64,000 nucleotides of DNA from Candidatus Latescibacterota bacterium (lineage in GTDB: Bacteria; Latescibacterota; UBA2968; UBA8231): positions 4,800,001 through 4,864,000 of the forward strand of contig OZ241867.1 of assembly GCA_965203175.1 (NCBI GenBank). The letters are read 5' to 3'. A program made the position numbers and the translations under genes. The first letter of the stretch is position 1. Every line of letters begins with the position of its first letter. This document shows, in pieces, positions 29,158 through 38,383 of the stretch. Under the pieces are notes generated by a model. It saw only the letters and a program-made list of their open reading frames with translations, searched no databases and was not told where the DNA came from.

Positions 29158-30840
29158 TCACAAGCTCTTCTCGATCATCGCTACAATCTCGTCTGTATTA
29201 CTCGTTATCATAAGACGCTCCACGATCAGCCCTTGTGAGTCCACCAAGTAATACGAAGGAATGCCATTTACTTGGTAGGACTTGGCCACGTCTAAGCCTC
29301 GGCCGTTAGCACGCACGTGGACGCCTTTGATCTCGTGTTTATCAATCGCCTCTCGCCAAGCAGCATCGTCCGTGTCTATCGACAGGTTGAGGAAAACCAC
29401 GGGCCAGTCGGCCGTCTTTTCCTTGATTCTGCGGAGATCGGGCAGGTCGCCGATACACGGCCCGCACCAACTCGCCCAGAAATCGAGCAGAATTACCTTC
29501 CCCTTGAATTGGCTCAGCGATACGGGCTGACCGTCGAGGTCGTGAAGGGTGAATTCGGGTGCGGGTTGCCCAGGTTGTAGCTTTAGGGCCTTATACATAA
29601 TTGCTTGGACGGCCTCATTGTATTCCGGGTAAGGATTGATCTCTTGGAAATCTTCCCACTTGCGCTGGACCGACGCAAAGGCGTCGATTCCGCGCTCGAA
29701 GCTACGGATCAGTTCTTCGGCCAGAAACCAGTAGAGCACTCTCCCCTCCAGTTTTTCCTTGGCCAAATCGTATCTTGCCGAAAAACTAGTAAACCTCTTC
29801 CGAGTAGGGGGCCCTGTAGTTATCGAATCAAGCTGGGCCCGCACCGCCCCCGACAGGCCAAGGCTCGATAGATCAATCCTCTCGAACAGCTTGAGCGGCT
29901 GGTAGTGTTCGTACAGCGAATCGAGTTGGGCTCGGGCGACCTCCGATAGCTCCGATAGGTCGAGTTTCTCGATTTGCGACAGGCTGGGTCGTCTGTTCGC
30001 TTCGTACATCAAGTCGAGGCGGGCCAAAGTCTCCTCCGACAACTCCAAACTCGACAGATCATATATTTCGGAGAATTTAGGCGTCCAGAATAGGCCGGAC
30101 TCTTCTCTCAACTTGCGCAACTCCCAGTCCAAGGTGCGCTTCAGAAAGGAGCGATAATCTCCCACACCTATGGCCTTTTCGTTGACTAAGGGAATTTTCT
30201 CAAAAAAGTTGTAATACTCCGGAGTGATCTCTCCGTTGTCGTGGCCATTGGCACGGCGGTACTTAGTTGGATAGGAAATCATGAGGCTGGCCCACTCGTA
30301 GTTGAAGTAGGCCGTCGCATAGTCGATGAACCCCGGAGAGAACGCGTATTTTTCGCGCCCTTCAGCTAGGAACTCCAATTGATCCTGCAACCACTGATCC
30401 GCTTGGCGAGAAAAGTCCTCCACCTGCAGCTCCTCGTAGTCCAAGCGAGGGCTCCAAAAGCGCGGAAGCAGCTCGGCCATGAAGCGGTTGTTGTCCGCGT
30501 TGGGGCCGCTGAACGAGTAAGCGCCCTCCTCCACGACGACGTGCAGACTGTCGCCGGGTTCAACGAAAAAGGTCAACCGTTCCCCATCGCAATAGGCCCT
30601 GACACGGGTCCCTCGGACGACAGGCAGTTTGAAGGCGAAGTGGTCTAGGCTGTCGAGAACGACGCGCTGCTCGGAGCTTTCCAGCGCCGATGGCAATTCG
30701 TAGTCAAACGTGATTTCCCGCGAAGTTGGATTCCGAATTTCGCCGGTGATGATCGCAACCGATGGCTGGCCTTGGACGCTGGCTAGACAAGCGCTCGACG
30801 CTATCAGTATGGCCATTAGCAGGTTACAGTATGTATTCAT
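29158..30840 (-). CDS. TlpA-family thiol:disulfide oxidoreductase, copy 1 (3 internal repeats)
   Basis: C-terminal APEFTL.DLDG..VSL..FKGK..LLDFWASWCGPC...GIP.Y.LVD; an in-frame extension to 30978 exists. Confidence 0.9.
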   Translation of the reverse strand: MNTYCNLLMAILIASSACLASVQGQPSVAIITGEIRNPTSREITFDYELPSALESSEQRVVLDSLDHFAFKLPVVRGTRVRAYCDGERLTFFVEPGDSLHVVVEEGAYSFSGPNADNNRFMAELLPRFWSPRLDYEELQVEDFSRQADQWLQDQLEFLAEGREKYAFSPGFIDYATAYFNYEWASLMISYPTKYRRANGHDNGEITPEYYNFFEKIPLVNEKAIGVGDYRSFLKRTLDWELRKLREESGLFWTPKFSEIYDLSSLELSEETLARLDLMYEANRRPSLSQIEKLDLSELSEVARAQLDSLYEHYQPLKLFERIDLSSLGLSGAVRAQLDSITTGPPTRKRFTSFSARYDLAKEKLEGRVLYWFLAEELIRSFERGIDAFASVQRKWEDFQEINPYPEYNEAVQAIMYKALKLQPGQPAPEFTLHDLDGQPVSLSQFKGKVILLDFWASWCGPCIGDLPDLRRIKEKTADWPVVFLNLSIDTDDAAWREAIDKHEIKGVHVRANGRGLDVAKSYQVNGIPSYYLVDSQGLIVERLMITSNTDEIVAMIEKSL

Positions 30841-30987
30841 TATGAGGCTTGTTCCTTTCAAGGTCTGTGCATTGACGAGGTCTTGTAGACAACTCCGTCG
30901 CTTTATTTTCCTTTCCCGCATGTCATACCCCTGTCGGCCCTGATGCCTCCTGTATGCGCCCGCCTGTCTGCCGAACATCAGTGCCGT

Positions 30988-33027
30988 TCAGTCGTCCTGC
31001 AGTACCTCGAAGAAGACGAGGTTGTTTTTCAGAATCGCGCAGACATGATCGTCCGCCAAGACGAGGTTATTGGATTCGGGGGCGAATAAATAGGGGGGGG
31101 GAGTAGGATCGTAATGCTTGTGAGTGCGTGAATCCTCAAAGTATAGTATCGCCCGCCAGGGCAGGGCACCGTAATCGGTCACGGAATAGGCATCGAGCTT
31201 GGACCATCTCTGGACGTAGGCAATATCGCCGTGGATGATCAGTCCAAGAGGGAAATATTTATCGGGAACGTATTCGACCTCCACCGGTTGACGCAGATCG
31301 CCCATGTCCAGCACGGCTAGCTCCTCGGGCCAGTGCCGCTGGACATACGCCTTGTCACCGTTCAGCGAGATGGGGCCCAGACCCGGCGGCACGGCAATCT
31401 GGTAGATATTCTCGCCGTAGCGCATCTCCAGTGACTCCGGCAACCTCCACCCCCGGCTGGACTTTTTCATCTCCATTCGGAACGATATAGAGTCCGACAA
31501 CGCTCCAGAAGCTAGCTGGTGATGGAGTTTTTCGATGGATTCCTCATACTGTTTGGAAGGTCCAAAGCGGCGCAGGGGCGTCCGGCTCAGCTCTGCAGGG
31601 CGACGAGGATCAGTTAGATCGAGGACGACGAAATCGTGGCCCAAAGTCAGAAAGGCATGTGGTCCAGCCCAGCGCATCTCCCAGTTCTTGGGCCAGACGT
31701 GTTTAGCCTGCTCTGCGATCGGCAGCACGTGGACCGATTGAGGCAGACCGCCTTCCCGCACGTCGAAACTGTGCAGTTCGAGCGATTCGCTCCCAAGCAG
31801 ACCAGCGTACAGATGGCCCTCCCATGCGGCCCACCCCACCAGCCTAGGAGTGTGCATCAACAAGGGGGTGGAGCCCGCCTCAATGGGATAGAGGAAGCGC
31901 TGTGCCCGCAGTTGGGGGCGCTCGGGCTGACTGAGATCGAATACGGCCACCCCCACGCTGTCTTGCGCCTCAGCCGATCCCCAGACATAGGCAGTCGAGC
32001 CGGACAGAGCCAGCCGCCAGAGCCGCCAACCTTCTATTTCCGCCCGGCCCCTTTCCTTTGGTACCCGCCAGTCCGCTACATCCACTACGCTCACCCCCCG
32101 CTCCAGCAGCACCACCGCCAACCGATCTTGCAGCGCCAAATCTACGACGGGTACCTCATAGGGAAGATGGCCCACCGACCCGACCAAGGCGCGCTCAGGA
32201 CGGGCCTTTATTTCTGTTGACCCGATCGTGGTGACCCCAAAGCTCACCAAAAAAAGCGCGCCCACAGTCCACTGGAAATATCTGCTTGCCAGCGCTCTGA
32301 ACGCCCGGCAGGCCCATAGCAGCACACTGGCTGCCAGCAGGGTGGCTACCGCAACCCTAGCCAGCAGCAGAGATGGTTCGAAGGCCGGCCGCAATATCCC
32401 GGCCTCCGATTCGAAATTAGTCTGGAAGACCAACTCGGTATAATACCAAGATATGGGTCCCCATGTGTTTAATACTATGTGTCCCCCAAAGAAGCAGCCG
32501 ATCCAAACCACCATCGGGCCGAGCATTGCTGCTTTGAGGGACGAGTCGCTAAAGATCGACGCCAGAAACACCGCAGTGTACAGGATCAGGTAGAAGAAAA
32601 ACCACAACAGTAGGATGCGGCCGTACCCGACATCTACCAAGATCGCCTCCAGATCCAGGTCAATCGGGTCCCAGAAAAAGCCCCACAAGAACTGGGCATT
32701 GTCCCCTTCCGACAGCCCGATGTACACTCCGGCCCAGTATGCTGCTAGTACAATCAGCAACCCGACGGCCCCCAGCACAAACTTCACCCCCAGCAACCGG
32801 ACTCGGTCCAATGGTCGGATAAACAGGAAGGGCAACGTCCCCCGGCTCCGCTCACCGGCCACCGCGTCCATGCCCATCAGCACAGCGCCGAGTACGCCTA
32901 CCAGATGGGATAAAACGTCCGAGTCGTCATGGTTCAGCCCGACGAATAGCCCCAAGCAGGCACCAACGGCGATTTTGTAGCTCGCCTCGCGCCCTTCTTT
33001 CCAGATCAGCGCCCGTAGCAGATTCAC
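30988..33027 (-). CDS. ABC-2-type permease with a C-terminal LVIVD-like beta-propeller domain
   Basis: LIWKE, AGERSRGTLPFL..RP, TM helices, repeated V.Dl.DP..P motifs. Confidence 0.8.
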   Translation of the reverse strand: MNLLRALIWKEGREASYKIAVGACLGLFVGLNHDDSDVLSHLVGVLGAVLMGMDAVAGERSRGTLPFLFIRPLDRVRLLGVKFVLGAVGLLIVLAAYWAGVYIGLSEGDNAQFLWGFFWDPIDLDLEAILVDVGYGRILLLWFFFYLILYTAVFLASIFSDSSLKAAMLGPMVVWIGCFFGGHIVLNTWGPISWYYTELVFQTNFESEAGILRPAFEPSLLLARVAVATLLAASVLLWACRAFRALASRYFQWTVGALFLVSFGVTTIGSTEIKARPERALVGSVGHLPYEVPVVDLALQDRLAVVLLERGVSVVDVADWRVPKERGRAEIEGWRLWRLALSGSTAYVWGSAEAQDSVGVAVFDLSQPERPQLRAQRFLYPIEAGSTPLLMHTPRLVGWAAWEGHLYAGLLGSESLELHSFDVREGGLPQSVHVLPIAEQAKHVWPKNWEMRWAGPHAFLTLGHDFVVLDLTDPRRPAELSRTPLRRFGPSKQYEESIEKLHHQLASGALSDSISFRMEMKKSSRGWRLPESLEMRYGENIYQIAVPPGLGPISLNGDKAYVQRHWPEELAVLDMGDLRQPVEVEYVPDKYFPLGLIIHGDIAYVQRWSKLDAYSVTDYGALPWRAILYFEDSRTHKHYDPTPPPYLFAPESNNLVLADDHVCAILKNNLVFFEVLQDD

Positions 33028-33923
33028 GATTGGCCTCCTTCCGTGGCGCGGACGTGGGCTACGAAAGCATCCTCCAGACTCAGATCCATCACGTCCGCGA
33101 TCCGACCGCCCTGCGCCTCTATCTGGGCGGCCTGTTCTGGGCCGTATCCCACCACCGTCAACAGCCGCTGCGCCCCCTCGCCCCGCACCTCCCGCAAGCC
33201 GGAGATGTCAGTCAATTCGCCCGCATCTTCCGCCAAGCGCACCACCACTCGCTTAGCCGACTGTTTCACTTCATCCACCGTTCCTTCCACTTGTAGCCGA
33301 CCAGCCTCGATAATGGCCACCCTATCAGCCACCCGTTCCACTTCGTGCACCAGATGCGACGACAGAAAGACCGTGCGCCCCTCCTCTTGGATCAGCCCGA
33401 TGATGCTCTCGAGAAAGTCGCGCCGTACCACCACGTCCAGCCCCGAGGCCGGCTCGTCGAGGATCAGCAGCCGCGGCTCGTGCCCTAGGGCCAAGGCCAG
33501 GGCCAGTTGGGCGTTCATGCCGCGGGAGAGATGCTTGACCTTCTGTTCCGGGTCTAAGCCAAAACGGTCGATGAGGCCCTCGACTTTGCTTTGATTCCAA
33601 GTCTCGTAGAACTGGCCAGTAAACCAGACCAACTCCCGCACCTTCATCCACCCGTACAGGATCGGATTCTCCGCTACGTACCCTACCTGTCGCCACAGCG
33701 CCAGCGAGTCCCGTCCCGGATTTAGCCCTAGCACCTCCACCTGCCCGGCTGTGGGTTGGAGCAGGTTCATCAGTATGTTGATGGTCGTGGTCTTGCCGGC
33801 TCCGTTTCGTCCCAAAAAGCCGCAGACTGCGCCGGCGTGCACCTCTATCTGGAGATCGTCCACAGCCGTGCGCTGGCCAAAGCGGTGGGTCAAACCCGCG
33901 ATGGCGATTGCCGTATCAGTCAT
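33024..33923 (-). CDS. ABC transporter ATP-binding protein (YtrB-like)
   Basis: GRNGAGKTT, LSRG, LILDEPASGLD, SSH. Confidence 0.95.
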   Translation of the reverse strand: MTDTAIAIAGLTHRFGQRTAVDDLQIEVHAGAVCGFLGRNGAGKTTTINILMNLLQPTAGQVEVLGLNPGRDSLALWRQVGYVAENPILYGWMKVRELVWFTGQFYETWNQSKVEGLIDRFGLDPEQKVKHLSRGMNAQLALALALGHEPRLLILDEPASGLDVVVRRDFLESIIGLIQEEGRTVFLSSHLVHEVERVADRVAIIEAGRLQVEGTVDEVKQSAKRVVVRLAEDAGELTDISGLREVRGEGAQRLLTVVGYGPEQAAQIEAQGGRIADVMDLSLEDAFVAHVRATEGGQS

Positions 33924-34312
33924 GTCGATTCGCTTTCCCCTTTGCCGAACTGGTCTAGACGCTTCTGAAAAATCTGCTGCATCTCCGCTGGACTCAGCCC
34001 CAGTTCAGTCGCCTGGACTAGGGCTTTGTCGAGCATTTGCCGCACAATCTCGAATTTTTCCTCCTGACTCATGCTCACCTCCTTTTCGGCCACATAGGTG
34101 CCCATACCCCGCTTTTTGTAGATCACCCCGTCTCGCTCCAGTTCCAAATAGGCTCGTACCACGGTGTTGGGATTGATCAAGTACTGCCCAGACAGGACCC
34201 GCACCGAGGGCAATTCGTCGTGCGGCTTGAGCACTTTGGTGGCGATCTGGTACTTCACCTGCTCAATGATCTGCAGGTAGATGGGAACCCCGCTAGATGG
34301 ATCTATGCGCAA
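33920..34312 (-). CDS. GntR-family regulator, YtrA subfamily
   Basis: PIYLQI..Q, LPSVR.L.....INPNTV.RAY.ELE..G...K.RG.GT.V; short C-terminus. Confidence 0.9.
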   Translation of the reverse strand: MRIDPSSGVPIYLQIIEQVKYQIATKVLKPHDELPSVRVLSGQYLINPNTVVRAYLELERDGVIYKKRGMGTYVAEKEVSMSQEEKFEIVRQMLDKALVQATELGLSPAEMQQIFQKRLDQFGKGESEST

Positions 34313-34324
34313 TGGAGACTCTCC

Positions 34325-34378
34325 TTAGCTGTCCTGCCTCTGCCTTGCGGTAATTGTGCGTCGGCTGTCGCGTTTCAT
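34325..34378 (-). CDS. Putative 17-aa leader ORF MKRDSRRTITARQRQDS
   Basis: GAGGAGG shortly upstream of the ATG; its TAA overlaps the taaggag RBS of gntR. Confidence 0.45.
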   Translation of the reverse strand: MKRDSRRTITARQRQDS

Positions 34379-34405
34379 AGTGCCTCCTCGTCGAGATTTT
34401 TTGCA

Positions 34406-34436
34406 GTATCGGTGTGTCGCAATACCGATACACCGA
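34406..34436. promoter_or_regulatory. Palindromic operator upstream of the GntR/ABC operon
   Basis: tcggtgtgtcg-N6-cgatacaccga (34409-34436, one mismatch); TGT..N..ACA core resembling YtrA-type boxes. Confidence 0.6.
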
Positions 34437-34486
34437 CATAATAAAACATCCCGTATGCTTAGGCAAGTATTTTTTCCCTAGCAGGT

Positions 34487-34521
34487 AAAAAAATGGGCCA
34501 GCGTTTTAATGCTGACCCATT
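34487..34521 (-). terminator. Intrinsic terminator after tlpA copy 2
   Basis: Minus strand aatgggtcagca-ttaaaac-gctggcccatt followed by a T run. Confidence 0.7.
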
Positions 34522-34599
34522 AATTGCAAAAATATATGGTAGCCAAGAAAGGCCGTGAGGAATTTGCCGGGGCTTACAAGGGACGCCTACTCAGCTTGC

Positions 34600-36663
34600 T
34601 CACAAACTCTTCTCGATCGTCGCCACAATCTCGTCTGTATTGCGTAGTATCCTAAGACGCTCCACGATCAAGCCTTGCGAATCCACCAAGTAATACGAGG
34701 GCAAGGAGTTCACTTGATAGGACTTGGCCACGTCCGCACCCCAGCCGTCCGCGCGTACGTGGACGCCTTCGATTCCGTGTTTCTCAACCGCCTCTCGCCA
34801 AGCGGTCTCGTCCGTGTCTAGCGACAGATTGAGGAAGACCAAGGGTTTATCCGCCGCCTTTTTCTTGATTCTGCGGAGATCGGGCAGGTCGCCGATACAC
34901 GGCGCGCACCAACTCGCCCAGAAGTCGAGCAGAACCACCTGCCCCTTGAACTGACTCAGTGATACAGGCTGACCGTCGAGGTCGTGGAGCGTGAATTCGG
35001 GCGCGGGTTGCCCGGGCTGGAGTTTCAGGGCCTTATATAGAGCCGCTTGGACGACCTCGGTGTATTCCGGGTGCGGGTTGATCTCTTGGAACTCTTCCCA
35101 CATGCGCTGGGCCAACTCAAAGGCGTCGCTGTCGCGCTTGAAGCCACGAATCACCTCTCCAGCCAAAAACCAGTAGAGCACTCGCCCCTCCAGTTTTTCT
35201 TTGGCCTGACCGTATCTTGCCGAATTACTACTCCACTTCTCCAGAGTAACGGGCCCTGTAGTTGTAGTCATCGAATCAAGTTGGGCCTGCACCGCCCCCG
35301 ACAGACCAAGGCTTGATAGATCGATCCTCTCGGACAACTTGGGCCGCTGGGGGTGTTCGTACATCGAATCAAGTTGGGCACGGGCTGGTTCTGACAGCCA
35401 CGATAGATCGAGTTTCTCTGATAGTTTGGGTGGCTCTTTTTTCAGAGAATCCTGCTTTATTTCGAGCGGCAAGTAGAACGTCAACGCTCCATCCGTCGTA
35501 TCTACGCTAGCCTCCTCTATATCACTTGAAGTGAAGAAGCCATAGGATTTGGACTTTTCATGTAAGGAGTCGATTCGGGCTTGGGCTTTCTCTGAAAGAC
35601 CAAACACCGATAAATCAAAACTCTGGGATAGCTTGGGACGTCTCTTCTTTTTGTACACTGAGTCGAGCCGGGCCTGAGCAGCCGACAACAAACCAACCGC
35701 CGACAAATCGACCATCTGCGACAACTTGAGCGGTCCCTCCTTTTCGTACAGGGCATCGAGTTGGGCCAAAGTCTCCTCCGACAGCTCCAGATCCGATAGA
35801 TCGTACATCTCGGACAAATTGGGCCGCCTAAATAGGTTGGACATCTTGTCTAATTCCCTAGGACCTGTGGGCGGCCGACCAATAGATCCACTTCTGAATA
35901 GTAAGGCTTGCTCTATCTGTTCCCGTCGCTCCCAGTCCAAGGTCCGCTCCAGAAACGTGTGATAGTCCATCGTGCCAATAGCCTTCTCATCGACTAGGGG
36001 AATTCCCTGCAGAAAATCGTAGTAGTCTGGGGGGAGGTCCCTGTTCTCGTGGTCGTTGGCAAAGCGGTACTCCGTCGGATAGGAGATCATGAGATTGGCC
36101 CACTCGTAATTGAAGTGGGCTATCGCATAATCGACAAACCCTGGCGACAGCGCGTATTCTTTACTCCTTGCGGCCAGAAACTCGAACTGGTCTCGACGCC
36201 GCTGATCTACTTGGCGCTTGAAATCCTCGGCCTCCAGCCCCTCGTAATCCAGACGAGGACGACCAAATTCGGCCATCCACTCGGTCACGAAGCGGTTATT
36301 GTCGGCTCCTATACCACTAAACGAGTAGGAGGAATCGGAAAAGCCCTCCTCCACGACCACGTGCAGACTGTCGCCGGGTTCGACGAAGAACATCGACCGC
36401 ACTTCATTGTAATAGGCCCTGACGAGAGTCCCTCGAACGACAGGCAGTTCGAAGAAGAAGTGGTTCAGGCTGTCGAGAACGACGCGTTCCTCGAAGTCTT
36501 CCAGCGCCGACGGCGACTCGTAGCCAAATGTAATTTCCCGCGAAGTTGGGGACTGGATTTCGCCGGTGATGATCGCAACCGATGGCTGGCTCTGAGCGCT
36601 GGCTAGACAAGCACTCGACGTTATAAGTATGGCAATTAGGAAGCTACAATATGCGTTCGTCAT
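34600..36663 (-). CDS. TlpA-family oxidoreductase, copy 2 (5 internal repeats)
   Basis: DFWASWCAPC; ATG at 36663 after ggag (alternative start 36675). Confidence 0.9.
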   Translation of the reverse strand: MTNAYCSFLIAILITSSACLASAQSQPSVAIITGEIQSPTSREITFGYESPSALEDFEERVVLDSLNHFFFELPVVRGTLVRAYYNEVRSMFFVEPGDSLHVVVEEGFSDSSYSFSGIGADNNRFVTEWMAEFGRPRLDYEGLEAEDFKRQVDQRRRDQFEFLAARSKEYALSPGFVDYAIAHFNYEWANLMISYPTEYRFANDHENRDLPPDYYDFLQGIPLVDEKAIGTMDYHTFLERTLDWERREQIEQALLFRSGSIGRPPTGPRELDKMSNLFRRPNLSEMYDLSDLELSEETLAQLDALYEKEGPLKLSQMVDLSAVGLLSAAQARLDSVYKKKRRPKLSQSFDLSVFGLSEKAQARIDSLHEKSKSYGFFTSSDIEEASVDTTDGALTFYLPLEIKQDSLKKEPPKLSEKLDLSWLSEPARAQLDSMYEHPQRPKLSERIDLSSLGLSGAVQAQLDSMTTTTGPVTLEKWSSNSARYGQAKEKLEGRVLYWFLAGEVIRGFKRDSDAFELAQRMWEEFQEINPHPEYTEVVQAALYKALKLQPGQPAPEFTLHDLDGQPVSLSQFKGQVVLLDFWASWCAPCIGDLPDLRRIKKKAADKPLVFLNLSLDTDETAWREAVEKHGIEGVHVRADGWGADVAKSYQVNSLPSYYLVDSQGLIVERLRILRNTDEIVATIEKSL

Positions 36664-36717
36664 ACGGTTCTCCATTTAAGGTCTGCTCAAGGGACGCCTA
36701 TACAGAGCGCAGAGTTT

Positions 36718-38349
36718 TCACAAGCTCTTCCCAATCGTCGTTACAATCGCGTCTGTGTTCTTTACGCTAAAAAGACGCTCCACGAGCAGCCCTTGCGAGT
36801 CCACCAAGTAATACGAAGGCAAGGAACTCACTTGGTAGGACTTGGCCACGTCTGAGCCCAAGCCGACAGCGCGCACGTGGACGCCTTTGATCCCGTGTTT
36901 ATCAACCGCCTTGCGCCAAGCGGCCTCATCGTCATCTAGCGACAGATTGAGGAAGACGACCGGCTGCCCCGCCGTCCTTTCCTTGATTTTGCGGAGATCG
37001 GGCAGATTTTCAATACACGGCCCACACCAACTCGCCCAGAAGTCGAGCAGCACCACTTGGCCCTTGAACTGGCTCAGCGATATGGGCTGACCATCGAGAT
37101 CTTGGAGGGTGAATTCGGGTGCAGGTTGCCCAAATTGCAGCTTCAGAGCCTCATCCAGAGCCTCCTGGACGGCCTCCGTGTATTCCGGGTACGGATTGCT
37201 CGCTTGGAAATCTTCCCACTTGCGCTGGGCCGCCGCAAAGGTTTTGCTGCTTCCGTGCTTGAATGCAGAGATCAGACTCTCGGTCAGAAACCAATAGAGA
37301 ACTCTCCCCTCCAACTGCTGCTTGGTGAAATCGTACCTTTCCGCAAAACTCCACCTCTTTCGAGCACGGGGCTCTGTGCGTATCGAATCGAACTGGGCCT
37401 GCACTGTCTCCGACAGCCCCAGACCCGATAGATCGATCTTCTCGGCCGACCTGAGCGATTGACGGCGTTCGTACATCGAGTCGAGGCGGACCACGGTCTC
37501 CTCTGATAGTTCCAGACTCGACAGGTCGTATCTTTCGGATAACTTGGCCCGCCTGAAAGCTGCGGATTCCTCTTTCAACTTCCGCAGGGAATTCATTAGA
37601 AAGGCGCGATACCGTTCCACACCAATGGCTCTTTCGTCCATCAGGGGAATTTCCTCGAGAAAGTCGTAGTAGTCTGGAGGGATATTTTTGTTCTCGTGGC
37701 CGTTGATGATGCGATACACCCTCGGATAGACAATCATCCTATTGGCCCAATCGTAATTGACGGAGGCAGTCACATAGTCGATGCACCCTGGAGACAGCGC
37801 GTATTGCTCGCGACCCTCGGCCAAGAATTCGAGCTGCTCCCGCCGCCACTGGTCCATCTGGCGAGAAAAGTCCTCCACCTGCAGATCCTCAAAGTCGAGG
37901 TCAAAGGAGTCGAATGGCACCAACCACTCGGCCATGAAGCGGCTGTTGTCCGCGTTAGGGCCGCTGAACGTATAGGACGAACTGAAAAAGCCCTCCTCAA
38001 TAACCACGTGCAGACTATCGCCGGGTTCGACGAAGAAGATCAAGGGATTGTAACCGAAGATGAAAGCTCTTAACAACTTCACCCACTGCTGACCCTCTTC
38101 GTAACCCCCCATTATGCGGGTTCCTCGGCTGACAGGTAGCGCGAGCGTAAAGCGGTTCTGGCCATCAAGCGTGACACGGCGGTCGGGCAGCAACGGCGAC
38201 TCGTAGAATACGATCTCTCGCGAGCGAGGATTCTGAACCTCGCCGGTGATGATCGCAACCGACGGCTGGCGCTGGGCACTTTCGACAGCTAGACAAGCAC
38301 TCGACGCCAAGAGTATGGCCATGAGGAGGCTACAATATGCGTTCGTCAT
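36718..38349 (-). CDS. TlpA-family oxidoreductase, copy 3 (2 internal repeats)
   Basis: DFWASWCGPC. Confidence 0.9.
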   Translation of the reverse strand: MTNAYCSLLMAILLASSACLAVESAQRQPSVAIITGEVQNPRSREIVFYESPLLPDRRVTLDGQNRFTLALPVSRGTRIMGGYEEGQQWVKLLRAFIFGYNPLIFFVEPGDSLHVVIEEGFFSSSYTFSGPNADNSRFMAEWLVPFDSFDLDFEDLQVEDFSRQMDQWRREQLEFLAEGREQYALSPGCIDYVTASVNYDWANRMIVYPRVYRIINGHENKNIPPDYYDFLEEIPLMDERAIGVERYRAFLMNSLRKLKEESAAFRRAKLSERYDLSSLELSEETVVRLDSMYERRQSLRSAEKIDLSGLGLSETVQAQFDSIRTEPRARKRWSFAERYDFTKQQLEGRVLYWFLTESLISAFKHGSSKTFAAAQRKWEDFQASNPYPEYTEAVQEALDEALKLQFGQPAPEFTLQDLDGQPISLSQFKGQVVLLDFWASWCGPCIENLPDLRKIKERTAGQPVVFLNLSLDDDEAAWRKAVDKHGIKGVHVRAVGLGSDVAKSYQVSSLPSYYLVDSQGLLVERLFSVKNTDAIVTTIGKSL

Positions 38350-38383
38350 GCGGCTTGCTCCATTCAGGTTCGGCTCAGCTTGT

